From: an uncultured bacterium
GTDB lineage: Bacteria > Abyssobacteria > SURF-5
Direction: 5' to 3'
Length of the DNA stretch: 30,349 nucleotides
NCBI GenBank assembly: GCA_964510165.1
Contig: CAZEBC010000006.1
Span: 1 to 30,349 of the forward strand
Shown: positions 18,915-27,306 of the stretch, one piece after another
How positions within the stretch are numbered: the first letter of the stretch is position 1
How the letters are laid out: the number at the start of each line of letters is the position of its first letter
Translations under genes and position numbers: made by a program
Notes under the pieces: model-generated
What the model was told of the DNA's origin: nothing
Seen by the model: the letters and a program-made list of their open reading frames with translations, nothing else
The model's database searches: none

Positions 18915-19090
18915 ATCACGTGGAATCATAATGATTGGCATGGAGCTTCGAGGAGGTGGGAACGGACAACCTTTGAGTGGCGGCGTCGGAGATTGTCGGC
19001 GTCGGGCCTGCGCAAGCCTTGCGAAATTTGACTGCGCAGTGACAAACTAACGGGTGTTTTTGAACGTATGGAGTTCAAACGGAGGTCAAG

Positions 19091-19444
19091 ATGAACATCT
19101 ACGTAGGTAACCTTTCACGTGATGCAAGCGAGGCCGACTTGCGTGAGGCTTTTGAGGCCTTCGGCAAAGTGACGTCCGCCAAAATCATCACCGACAAATT
19201 CAGCGGCGAGCCCAGAGGGTTCGGCTTCGTCGAGATGCCGGTCGAGGCGGAGGCCCGACAGGCCATCTCCAGCATGAACGGCAAGGAGCTAAAGGGGCGC
19301 TCGCTCACCGTCAATGAAGCTCGTCCTCGTGAGGACAGACGTGGCGGCGGTGGTGGGGGCGGCGGCTTCGGAAGAGGCGGCGGCCGCGGACCGGGCGGCG
19401 GTGGCGGCGGTGGTCGGCGTCCCGGCGGACGCGACCGTCGTTGA
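19091..19444 (+). CDS. Single-RRM RNA-binding protein with Gly/Arg-rich tail
   Basis: RNP2 IYVGNL, RNP1 RGFGFVEM, LTVNEARPRE, RGG-rich C-terminus; SD GGAGG at 19081-19085. Confidence 0.96.
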   Translation: MNIYVGNLSRDASEADLREAFEAFGKVTSAKIITDKFSGEPRGFGFVEMPVEAEARQAISSMNGKELKGRSLTVNEARPREDRRGGGGGGGGFGRGGGRGPGGGGGGGRRPGGRDRR

Positions 19445-19483
19445 TAGACGCCCTTTCGTCAGATAGTAGCTGTCGCGGTATAC

Positions 19484-19610
19484 GCAGCCTCACAATGATA
19501 TTTGCCTCCGGAGAGGGAATCCGTTTCTGCGGCCCGTCTTTCCGGAAGGAAGTGAGAAGACATCTTGACAGAAAGGGGATGTATCTCCGGGGGCAGATGC
19601 CGTGAGGCGC
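19484..19610 (+). ncRNA. Candidate structured 3'-trailer element (long stem with multi-way junction)
   Basis: GCCTCAC (19487-19493)/GTGAGGC (19602-19608); 16-bp stem 19499-19514/19584-19599 with G-U pairs; three internal hairpins, one with a GGAA tetraloop. Confidence 0.45.
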
Positions 19611-19802
19611 CCATCCATCGAGTAAGGGGCGACAGATGCCCGAAAAACTTTGCTCTGTGGCGAAGCTCCTTTCTTCGGTTCTCTTCACAAGACCCTGCAA
19701 TCACGTCCGCTCAAACATTCTTCTTGCGCTTGGACGCAGGGAGGGAAAGAATATGGTTTGTGGGCAGGTACGACGTCAGGGAGATTCAGGAGGAACTTTG
19801 GA

Positions 19803-20435
19803 ATGAATGCGATTAAACTCATCCTTGCAGGCTGCTTCGCATTGGTGGTTGCCGTCTCGTGTGAGAATACCCCGAAGTGGCAGAAAGGCGCCGCTATCGG
19901 CGGCGCGGTCGGCGCGGGCACAGGTGCGATTATCGGGCATCAATCCGATCATGCTGTCGAGGGGGCTCTGATAGGCGGCGCCGCTGGCGCGCTCGCGGGC
20001 GGTCTGATAGGCGCCCAACTTGACAAGCAGCAGGAAGAACTGAGCCGGGTGGCGGAAGTTCAGCGCCCGAGCGAAGAGGAATTGGTGGTGGTGCTCAGAG
20101 AGAAAATCCTCTTTGACGTGAACGAGTATTCCTTGAAACCGGGCGCTCAGGATAATCTCAGCCAGGTTGCGCAAGTTCTCGCGAAATATCCCGATTTCAA
20201 TATTCTCATAGAGGGTCACACCGACAGCACCGGCACAGAAACATATAATCAGTGGCTCTCCGAGAAAAGAGCCCAGTCGGTCGCGGATTATCTCATTGCT
20301 CAGGGGTTGTACTCCGCCCGAATTCAGGTGATCGGTTACGGCGAGACTCGGCCCGTTGCGACTAATGACACTCCGGAGGGTCGTCAGCAGAATCGCAGGG
20401 TTGAGCTTCACATCACGCCGATCGAGTCTCAGTGA
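19803..20435 (+). CDS. OmpA-family lipoprotein with glycine zipper (YiaD-like)
   Basis: Signal peptide with lipobox AVSC, GAAIGGAVGAGTGAIIG zipper, ILFD, IEGHTDSTG..YNQWLSEKRAQSV, GYGETRP, NRRVE. Start set at ATG 19803 behind AGGAGG. Confidence 0.93.
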   Translation: MNAIKLILAGCFALVVAVSCENTPKWQKGAAIGGAVGAGTGAIIGHQSDHAVEGALIGGAAGALAGGLIGAQLDKQQEELSRVAEVQRPSEEELVVVLREKILFDVNEYSLKPGAQDNLSQVAQVLAKYPDFNILIEGHTDSTGTETYNQWLSEKRAQSVADYLIAQGLYSARIQVIGYGETRPVATNDTPEGRQQNRRVELHITPIESQ

Positions 20436-20536
20436 CACAGTATCGGTTGGATAACTCGCAGCCGAGAAATCTATAGAGGGGATACCATGCGGCATGGTGT
20501 CCCTTCTGTCTTTTTCCCTTTCTTCTTCTCCCCTTC

Positions 20537-20980
20537 CTAAACTCCCGTGTGCCCGAAGCCGCCCTCCCCGCGCGGGGTGGAATCCAGTTCAGTTGACTCC
20601 TCGAGGGTAGCCTCCGCGACAGGGCAGATGACAAGTTGCGCGATGCGGTCGCCGCGCTTGATGATGACCGGCTCTTGCCCCAGATTGATGACGGCCACCT
20701 TCACCTCGCCGCGATAATCGGAGTCGATCGTGCCGGGCGCATTCGGGATGCTCAGCCCATACTTGACCGCAAGCCCGCTGCGAGGGCGTACCTGGCCCTC
20801 GTAGCCGGGGGGGATGCTGAGCGCGAGTCCGGTCGGGATCAGCGTCCTTTGACCCGGCGAGACGGTGACGGGGCCGTCAATGGCGGCAAGAAGGTCAAAG
20901 CCGGCGCTGTGTGCGCTCATTCGTTGAGGAAGAGGAAGGTCGGGATTGTGAGGGAGTCTCTTGACGCGGACTGTAACCAT
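20537..20980 (-). CDS. dut: dUTP diphosphatase (trimeric)
   Basis: SAGFDL, QVRPRSGLA, NAPGTIDSDYRGE, GDRIAQL, RGEGGFGHTG. Confidence 0.97.
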   Translation of the reverse strand: MVTVRVKRLPHNPDLPLPQRMSAHSAGFDLLAAIDGPVTVSPGQRTLIPTGLALSIPPGYEGQVRPRSGLAVKYGLSIPNAPGTIDSDYRGEVKVAVINLGQEPVIIKRGDRIAQLVICPVAEATLEESTELDSTPRGEGGFGHTGV

Positions 20981-20982
20981 GC

Positions 20983-21017
20983 AGATTCAAGGTTCAAGTT
21001 TAGAGTTCAGGGTTCGC
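20983..21017. repeat. Degenerate ~7-nt tandem repeat (about 5 units, RGTTCAR-like)
   Basis: AGATTCA AGGTTCA AGTTTAG AGTTCAG GGTTCGC, immediately upstream of dut. Confidence 0.5.
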
Positions 21018-21050
21018 AGCATATGGTTCGGTGTGGGCGTGCCGGCCATT

Positions 21051-22289
21051 TCATAGCGCTCTGAGTTTGATGTCTTTCAGTGGACCGAGAGCGACGAAGT
21101 TGAGGACTTCTTCGCGCAACAGTTCCCTGGCGAGATCGCGAACCTCATCCGCCGTGACGTCTTCTATCCGCTGCATGATTGTCTTGAGGCTTTCCACCTG
21201 ATTGAGCGCGAGCACCGAACGCGCCAGACGCATCATGCGGCCCGACGTGCTCTCGAGCGCTAGCACTATATTTCCCTTGAGCTGCTCCTTGGCGCTTTGA
21301 AGCTCATCGTCGGGCACCTTCTCGGTTTTCACCTTCGCCAGTTCCTCGAGAATGATATCGACCGCCTTCTGTGCCTGCCTGGGGCTCAAGGCGGCGTAGA
21401 CGCCCAACTGCCCGGTGTTCCTAAAGGAACTCAAGAAGGTGTTGATTTGATACACGAGGCCTTCTTCCTCGCGAACTCTCTGGTACAGGCGCGAGAGGGT
21501 GGAACCGCCCAGGATATTGGCCAACAGATTGAAGGCGTAGCGCTTTGGGTCATCAGCCCCAACGCCGGGCGCTCCGATCGTTATGTGTTCCTGGCCGATT
21601 CGTCGGGAATAGAGCTTCTTCGCGGCGCGCACCTTCGGGGTCTGATAGATGTACTGGTTGTCGGTTCCCCTTAATCCGCCGAAATGCTTTTCGAACAGTT
21701 CCCTAAGCGAGTCATGGTCGAAATGACCCGCAGCCGCGATCAAAATGTTCGAAGGCACATACCAGCGTCGGTAGTAATCCTTGACGATGTCGAGGTTGAG
21801 TCGTTCCAGCGCTCGTTTCGAGCCGGTAATGGAAAACCCGAGCGGATGCCGCCGCCACATGACCGAAGACAAGAGATCGAGCACGTGCTCTTCCGGCGTG
21901 TCGATATAGGATTGTATTTCCTCCGCGACGACAGCTTTTTCCTTCTCCAGGTCGCGAAAGGTGGAGTTGAGCAACACGTCGGCCAGGATCTCGACAGCCA
22001 CATCGACGTGGGTGTCAAGAATCCTGGCGTAAAGACATGTATACTCCCGACTCGTGAAGGCGTTGGCGGTGCCGCCCATTCCCTCGAGCGATTCCATGAT
22101 CTGGCGGGCGGTCCGCGTCTTGGTTCCCTTGAAGAAGAGGTGCTCAAGAAGGTGAGAGACACCGTTGATCTCGGGCCGCTCGTTGACCGAACCCACCCGA
22201 ATCCATACACCGAGCGCGATCGACCTGAAGTGGGACACGCGCTGGGTGACCACCTCTATCTTGTTGGAAAGCTGGTATCGCCTGAGCAA
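21051..22289 (-). CDS. M16 (pitrilysin-family) zinc peptidase
   Basis: Inverted zinc motif GVSHLLEHLFFKGT, NAFTSREYT, ILGGSTLSRLYQRVREEEGLVY; located between pnp and dut. Confidence 0.95.
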   Translation of the reverse strand: MLRRYQLSNKIEVVTQRVSHFRSIALGVWIRVGSVNERPEINGVSHLLEHLFFKGTKTRTARQIMESLEGMGGTANAFTSREYTCLYARILDTHVDVAVEILADVLLNSTFRDLEKEKAVVAEEIQSYIDTPEEHVLDLLSSVMWRRHPLGFSITGSKRALERLNLDIVKDYYRRWYVPSNILIAAAGHFDHDSLRELFEKHFGGLRGTDNQYIYQTPKVRAAKKLYSRRIGQEHITIGAPGVGADDPKRYAFNLLANILGGSTLSRLYQRVREEEGLVYQINTFLSSFRNTGQLGVYAALSPRQAQKAVDIILEELAKVKTEKVPDDELQSAKEQLKGNIVLALESTSGRMMRLARSVLALNQVESLKTIMQRIEDVTADEVRDLARELLREEVLNFVALGPLKDIKLRAL

Positions 22290-22290
22290 T

Positions 22291-24384
22291 TCAAGCCCTC
22301 ACTCCCAATTCCTTGTCGGCGGCCCGCTTGCTCAGGTTGATACGGTTCTGACGGTCTATCTCAATGCATTTCACCGTGACGGTGTCGCCCTCGTTCAACA
22401 CGTCCTCGACTCTGCGAACGCGCTGGTCGCTGAGTTCCGATATGTGGACCAGGCCCTCCTTGCCGGGCAGAATCTCGACGAACGCGCCGAACTTGAGGAC
22501 GCGCTTGACCTTGCCGGTGTAGATCTTGCCGACCTCCACCTCCTCGACCAGAGCGCGTATCATGTTGTACGCCTTCTCTCCAGCCTCGGGGTTGGTCGCT
22601 GCGATCAGAACGCGGCCATCGTCTTCGACATTGATCTCCGCTCCGGTCTCGCTCACGATCCCGCGGATAATCCGGCCTCCAGGCCCAATGACATCGCGGA
22701 TTTTCTCCGGGTCAATCCGCATATGGATGATGCGGGGAGCGTGCTTGGAGAGTTCCGCGCGCGGCTGCGCAATGGCCTCGAGCATCCTGTCAAGTATGAA
22801 AAGCCGGCCTTCACGCGCCTGCGCCAGGGCCTGCGCCAGTGTTTGCAGGCTGAGTCCGTCGGTCTTGGTGTCCAGTTGAAACGCGGTGATCCCCCGCTGG
22901 CTGCCAGCGACTTTGAAATCCATGTCGCCCACGTGGTCCTCAACTCCGAGGATATCGCTCAGGACGACCGATTCACCGCCTTCCTGAACGAGGCCCATCG
23001 CGATACCGGCCACGGGCGCCTTGATGGGAACGCCCGCGTCCATCAGCGACAGCGTGGCGCCGCAGACCGTCGCCATCGAGGAGGACCCGTTCGATTCCAG
23101 TATGTCCGATACGACGCGTATCGTGTAGGGGAAAGTCTCGAACGTTGGCATCATGCTTGAAACCGAGCGCTCTGCAAGCGCTCCATGACCGATCTCGCGG
23201 CGGCCCGGACCCCTGATGGGTTTTACCTCGCCCACGCTGAACGGCGGGAAATTGTAGTGAAGCATGAATGTCTTCTTGTATTCGCCGAACAGTTCGTCCA
23301 TTATCTGCTCGTCGGTGGATGTTCCCAGCGTCGTGGCCACCAGCGCCTGAGTCTCGCCGCGCGTGAACAACGCCGACCCATGCACTCTGGGAAGCAGGCC
23401 GATCTCGCAGGTTATCGGTCGTATTTCCTTGGGCGAGCGGCCATCCGCCCTCTTCTTCTGCTTTATGATCATGCCTCGCAGCAGTTTCTTCTCCAGATTT
23501 TCGAAGGCCGCCTTTATCTGGGGGAGTTGTTCCTGGGTCGCTTCAGGGAACTGCTGAACGGTTTCCTTGAACAGCTTGTCGGTTTTCTCGCGGCGAGCGA
23601 CTTTTTCGGGCACACAGATTACCTCGGCCAGTCTCGCGCTCGCAAACGACTCGACCTTTGAAACGATGGCTGAATCAAGCGCTACCTGAGGCGCCGGTGC
23701 CTTGAATTTTCCGCAGCGCGCCACCAGGTCCTCTTGGATCCTGATGGTGTCTTTGACCATTGAATGGCCGAACTCGAGCGCGGCTATCATCGTTTCCTCA
23801 TCGACTTCTTTGGCGCCGCCCTCGACCATGACTATCGCGTTCTTGGTGCCGGCGATAATCAAATCCATGTCGCTCTGCTCCAACTCCTCATACGTGGGAT
23901 TGACCACGAATTCGCCGTTGATCCGACCCACCCTCACCGCGCCTACAAGCTTGGTGAACGGGATCGGCGAAATGGCGAGAGCGGCAGACGCTCCGACAAT
24001 GGACAGCACGTCAGGGTCATTGTCCTGATCATGTGAGATGACCGTTGCCATTATCTGTATTTCGTTATAGAAGCCGTCGGGGAACAGCGGCCTGATGGGG
24101 CGATCGATGAGTCTTGAAGTGAGTACCTCCTTCTCGCTTGGCCTTCCCTCACGCTTGAAGAAGCCGCCCGGTATCTTGCCGGCGGCGTAAGTCTTTTCCC
24201 GATAGTCTACGGTCAGCGGCAGAAAATCAACGCCCTCGCGAATTTGCGGCGACACGACCGCGGTCACCAGGACAGCCGTGTCGGCCAGGAACACGCATAC
24301 GGCGCCGTCCGCTTGCCGTGCCATGTGGCCGGTCTCGATTATCAGGTTATGCTTTCCCAGTTTCGTCTCTACCCTTTCAATCAT
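22291..24384 (-). CDS. pnp: Polyribonucleotide nucleotidyltransferase (PNPase)
   Basis: DFLPLTVDYREK, GGFFKREGRP, HGSALFTRGETQ, SNGSSSMA, EDHVGDMDFKVAG; KH and S1 domains. Confidence 0.99.
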   Translation of the reverse strand: MIERVETKLGKHNLIIETGHMARQADGAVCVFLADTAVLVTAVVSPQIREGVDFLPLTVDYREKTYAAGKIPGGFFKREGRPSEKEVLTSRLIDRPIRPLFPDGFYNEIQIMATVISHDQDNDPDVLSIVGASAALAISPIPFTKLVGAVRVGRINGEFVVNPTYEELEQSDMDLIIAGTKNAIVMVEGGAKEVDEETMIAALEFGHSMVKDTIRIQEDLVARCGKFKAPAPQVALDSAIVSKVESFASARLAEVICVPEKVARREKTDKLFKETVQQFPEATQEQLPQIKAAFENLEKKLLRGMIIKQKKRADGRSPKEIRPITCEIGLLPRVHGSALFTRGETQALVATTLGTSTDEQIMDELFGEYKKTFMLHYNFPPFSVGEVKPIRGPGRREIGHGALAERSVSSMMPTFETFPYTIRVVSDILESNGSSSMATVCGATLSLMDAGVPIKAPVAGIAMGLVQEGGESVVLSDILGVEDHVGDMDFKVAGSQRGITAFQLDTKTDGLSLQTLAQALAQAREGRLFILDRMLEAIAQPRAELSKHAPRIIHMRIDPEKIRDVIGPGGRIIRGIVSETGAEINVEDDGRVLIAATNPEAGEKAYNMIRALVEEVEVGKIYTGKVKRVLKFGAFVEILPGKEGLVHISELSDQRVRRVEDVLNEGDTVTVKCIEIDRQNRINLSKRAADKELGVRA

Positions 24385-24476
24385 CAGGTTTTCTCCATTA
24401 GTTGAGATTAGAGCGGGTTTCGCTCAGCCCGAGGGTTTGGGCCGGCGTCCCATACAATCAATGATTCGCCGGATTG

Positions 24477-24746
24477 CTATTTCCTGAGACCGAGGTCGCC
24501 GATTATCTTGCGGTACCTCTCGATATCCTTTTGTCTCAGGTAATTCAAAAGGCGGCGCCGCTTGCCGACCATCTTCAGCAGGCCGCGGCGCGAATGGTGG
24601 TCCTTCTTGTGCGCCTCAAAGTGGTTAGTGAGTCCATTGATGCGTTCGGTGAGAATCGCGATCTGAACTTCCGGTGAGCCGGTGTCACCCTCGTGGGTCT
24701 GGAACTTCTTGATGAGCCTCTGCTTTTCGTCCTTCGTGATCGTCAT
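24477..24746 (-). CDS. rpsO: 30S ribosomal protein S15
   Basis: 89 aa, [42 protein letters not shown] 24746 behind AAGGAGG. Confidence 0.99.
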   Translation of the reverse strand: MTITKDEKQRLIKKFQTHEGDTGSPEVQIAILTERINGLTNHFEAHKKDHHSRRGLLKMVGKRRRLLNYLRQKDIERYRKIIGDLGLRK

Positions 24747-24770
24747 TGACGTCGTTCCTCCTTTGGTGGA

Positions 24771-24825
24771 AATACCCCCATTCCCAAGCAAGGCGTCGGA
24801 GGTTCACCCCCCTAGAAATGGTTAC
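24771..24825 (-). promoter_or_regulatory. Putative S15 autoregulatory leader RNA
   Basis: On the mRNA strand CCAUUUCUAGG pairs with CUUGGGAAUGG (11 bp with G-U) and encloses the hairpin GGGGG-UGAA-CCUCC; directly upstream of the rpsO SD. Confidence 0.6.
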
Positions 24826-24840
24826 GAAACGTGTGACCGG

Positions 24841-26025
24841 CTAGCGATCTGTGAGCGCCGCGACGCCGGGCAACTTCTTGCCCTCGAGCATCTCGAGTGA
24901 CGCTCCGCCGCCGGTTGATATGTGTGACATCTTGTCGGCCAGCCCGAACTGGGTTATCGCCGAAGCCGTGTCACCCCCTCCTATGACAGACAGCGCGTCG
25001 GAATCGGCCACGCACTGCGCCACGCTCCGGGTGCCTCGCGCGAACTGCTGGAACTCGAATGCGCCCAGAGGCCCGTTCCACACGACTGTCTTTGCGCCCT
25101 TTAACTCCTTGCAGAACAAATCGATTGTCTTTGGGCCGATATCGAGGCCCATCCATCCGTCGGTGATGTCTTTCCCTGCGGTTACGCTGGCTTTGGCGTC
25201 CTCGCTCAGTTTCTCTGCAATCACGTTATCGAGCGGGAGCACAAACGGTTTGCCAAGCCGCTGCGCCTTGTCCATGATTGCGCGGGCCAGGTCGGTCTTG
25301 TCCGCCTCGAAGAGCGACTTGCCGATTTCATGGCCCTGCATCTTCAGGAATGTGTAGGCCATTCCGCCGCCGATCAGCAGCTTGTCCGCCTTCTCCATCA
25401 GGTTGTCTATGGCGCCGATCTTGTCCGAGACCTTCGCGCCGCCCAGAATCGTCACAAATGGCCGAGAGGGATTCTGAAGAACCCTTTGGAAGTATTCGAT
25501 CTCTTTTCCCATGAGAAAGCCCGCGACCGACTTCTCGACAAATCTCGTGATGCCTTCGGTCGAGGCGTGGGCGCGGTGAGCGGTTCCAAAGGCGTCGTTT
25601 ACATAAATGTCGCACAGCTTGGCAAGAGACCTCGCGAATTGCTCGTCATTGGCCTCTTCCTGCTCGTGAAAGCGAAGGTTCTCCAGAAGCACGACCTCGC
25701 CCGGCTTCATGCCGGAGACAACCCGTTCCACTTCAGCGCCGACGCAGTCGTTGAGCTTGTTCACGGGTTGACCCAGCAATTCGCTCAATCGGCGCGCGAC
25801 GGGATCGAGCCGGAACTTGTCAACCACCTTGCCCTTGGGACGCCCGAGATGGGAGGCCAGGATCACCTTGCCGCCGTGCTCCATCACATATTTGATCGTG
25901 GGAATAGCGCCCTCGATGCGCGTATCGTCGGCGACTTCCCCGTTTTCGAGAGGCACGTTGAAATCGACCCGTATGAAAACCCTCTTGCCGCGAAGTTCCA
26001 CGTCTCCTATGGTCAGCTTGTTCAT
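24841..26025 (-). CDS. pgk: Phosphoglycerate kinase
   Basis: RVDFNVP, SHLGRP, LLENLRF, NDAFGTAHRAHAS, GGAKVSDKI, WNGPLG, GGGDT, ISTGGGASL. Confidence 0.99.
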   Translation of the reverse strand: MNKLTIGDVELRGKRVFIRVDFNVPLENGEVADDTRIEGAIPTIKYVMEHGGKVILASHLGRPKGKVVDKFRLDPVARRLSELLGQPVNKLNDCVGAEVERVVSGMKPGEVVLLENLRFHEQEEANDEQFARSLAKLCDIYVNDAFGTAHRAHASTEGITRFVEKSVAGFLMGKEIEYFQRVLQNPSRPFVTILGGAKVSDKIGAIDNLMEKADKLLIGGGMAYTFLKMQGHEIGKSLFEADKTDLARAIMDKAQRLGKPFVLPLDNVIAEKLSEDAKASVTAGKDITDGWMGLDIGPKTIDLFCKELKGAKTVVWNGPLGAFEFQQFARGTRSVAQCVADSDALSVIGGGDTASAITQFGLADKMSHISTGGGASLEMLEGKKLPGVAALTDR

Positions 26026-26046
26026 CGGGCACGCTCCTGGACTTTT

Positions 26047-27045
26047 CTAACCGGCCATTCTTTCGATGAGGTCGGCGCAGCGCTTCGAATACCCCCATTC
26101 ATTATCGTACCAGGAGACCACCTTGAACATCTTTGGCCCGAGAACCATGGTGAGCTGGGAATCGTAAATGGAGGAGTGCGGGTTCCCGATAATGTCCACC
26201 GAGACGATGGGGTCCTCGCAGTATTCTATGATACCCTTGTGCGTGGTTTCTGCCGCCTTGCTCATCACTCGGTTTATCGCGTCAACACTCACGTCCTTCT
26301 TGCAGGTGGCCACGAGGTCCGTCACCGAGCCGTTTTGGACTGGGACGCGCATGGCAATGCCGTCAAGCTTGCCGTTGAGGTCGGGCAGCACTTTGCCGAC
26401 CGCTTTCGCGGCGCCCGTGGTTGTGGGCACGATCGAAACCGCCGCCGAGCGGGCGCGCCGCAGGTCCTTATGAGGGGCGTCAACCAGGCGCTGGTCCGCC
26501 GTGTAGGCGTGAATCGTGGTCATAAGGCCGTGTTCGATCGTGAACGCCTCATGAAGCACCTTTGCCATGGGAGCGAGGCAGTTGGTGGTGCATGAAGCGT
26601 TGGAGACGATGGAGTGCTCGGGCTTGAGCTTGTCGTCGTTGACGCCGAGAACGATCATGGCGTCAACTTCTCCCTTTGGAGGAACGGTGAGCAGCACCTT
26701 CTTGGCGCCGGCCTGGATGTGCTTCTGGCATTCCTCGCGTTTGCGGAAAATGCCCGTCGCCTCGACGACTATTTCGACCCCTAGGTCCTTCCACGGCAGC
26801 TTCGCGGGGTCGCGCTCGGCCAGCACTTTGACCTGCGCTTCGCCCACGAACAGCATGTTGTCTTTCGCCGAAACCTTTCCGGGAAAGCGGCGGTGGGTTG
26901 AATCATATTTCAAGAGATGCGCCAAAGTAGCGGCATCTGTAATGTCATTGACCGCGATGACTTCTATTTCGGGGTTTTCCAGCGTTGCCCGATACACCAT
27001 CCGACCGATACGTCCGAATCCGTTGATTCCTACTCTAATGGCCAT
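26047..27045 (-). CDS. gap: Type I glyceraldehyde-3-phosphate dehydrogenase
   Basis: [39 protein letters not shown]. Confidence 0.99.
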   Translation of the reverse strand: MAIRVGINGFGRIGRMVYRATLENPEIEVIAVNDITDAATLAHLLKYDSTHRRFPGKVSAKDNMLFVGEAQVKVLAERDPAKLPWKDLGVEIVVEATGIFRKREECQKHIQAGAKKVLLTVPPKGEVDAMIVLGVNDDKLKPEHSIVSNASCTTNCLAPMAKVLHEAFTIEHGLMTTIHAYTADQRLVDAPHKDLRRARSAAVSIVPTTTGAAKAVGKVLPDLNGKLDGIAMRVPVQNGSVTDLVATCKKDVSVDAINRVMSKAAETTHKGIIEYCEDPIVSVDIIGNPHSSIYDSQLTMVLGPKMFKVVSWYDNEWGYSKRCADLIERMAG

Positions 27046-27101
27046 CTCTTTCCCCCTTGTCGGTGGTTTCTTTCAACAGTTTTCCTTATACAAATCAGTT
27101 T

Positions 27102-27131
27102 ATTATGTCATAAAGCCTCATAGAAAGTCAA
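27102..27131 (-). promoter_or_regulatory. Putative sigma70 promoter of gap
   Basis: Minus strand TTGACT (27131-27126), 18 nt, TGaCATAAT (-10 at 27107-27102), in an AT-rich patch. Confidence 0.55.
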
Positions 27132-27306
27132 ACATGACCGAAGGCGGTTCTTGGTTATGGATTATGCCTGTTTACGGACACATGGGAGCCGTGTCGCCTT
27201 GCGCGCCTTGACTTGGCCGGGGCGATACAGTAGGATTGAAGCTGCCCCATGACGCTTTGCAAATTCCCCGGCTGTGAAGACGGCCATGACCAAAAAGGAG
27301 TCGAGT

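Noticed and set aside
18659-18919. 86-aa minus-strand ORF over the leader, and 19311-19700 / 19565-19816 over the trailer
   Set aside because: No recognisable motif or convincing SD; the regions are better explained as structured RNA.
19341-19430. GGC/GGT triplet runs
   Set aside because: Explained by the Gly-rich tail of the RRM protein.
19536-19561. TCCGGAAGGAAG resembling SRP RNA helix 8
   Set aside because: The flanking CAGG and CAGC of the SRP internal loop are absent; kept only as an arm of the candidate 3' element.
19650-19802. N-terminal extension of the OmpA ORF; similar extensions for 6082-6144, 24747-24791 and 27274-27306
   Set aside because: Downstream ATGs have better SD sequences and match expected protein starts.
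24385-24476. Hairpins in the rpsO-pnp spacer as terminator or RNase III site
   Set aside because: Two short stems without a U-tract; plausible by analogy but too weak to call.
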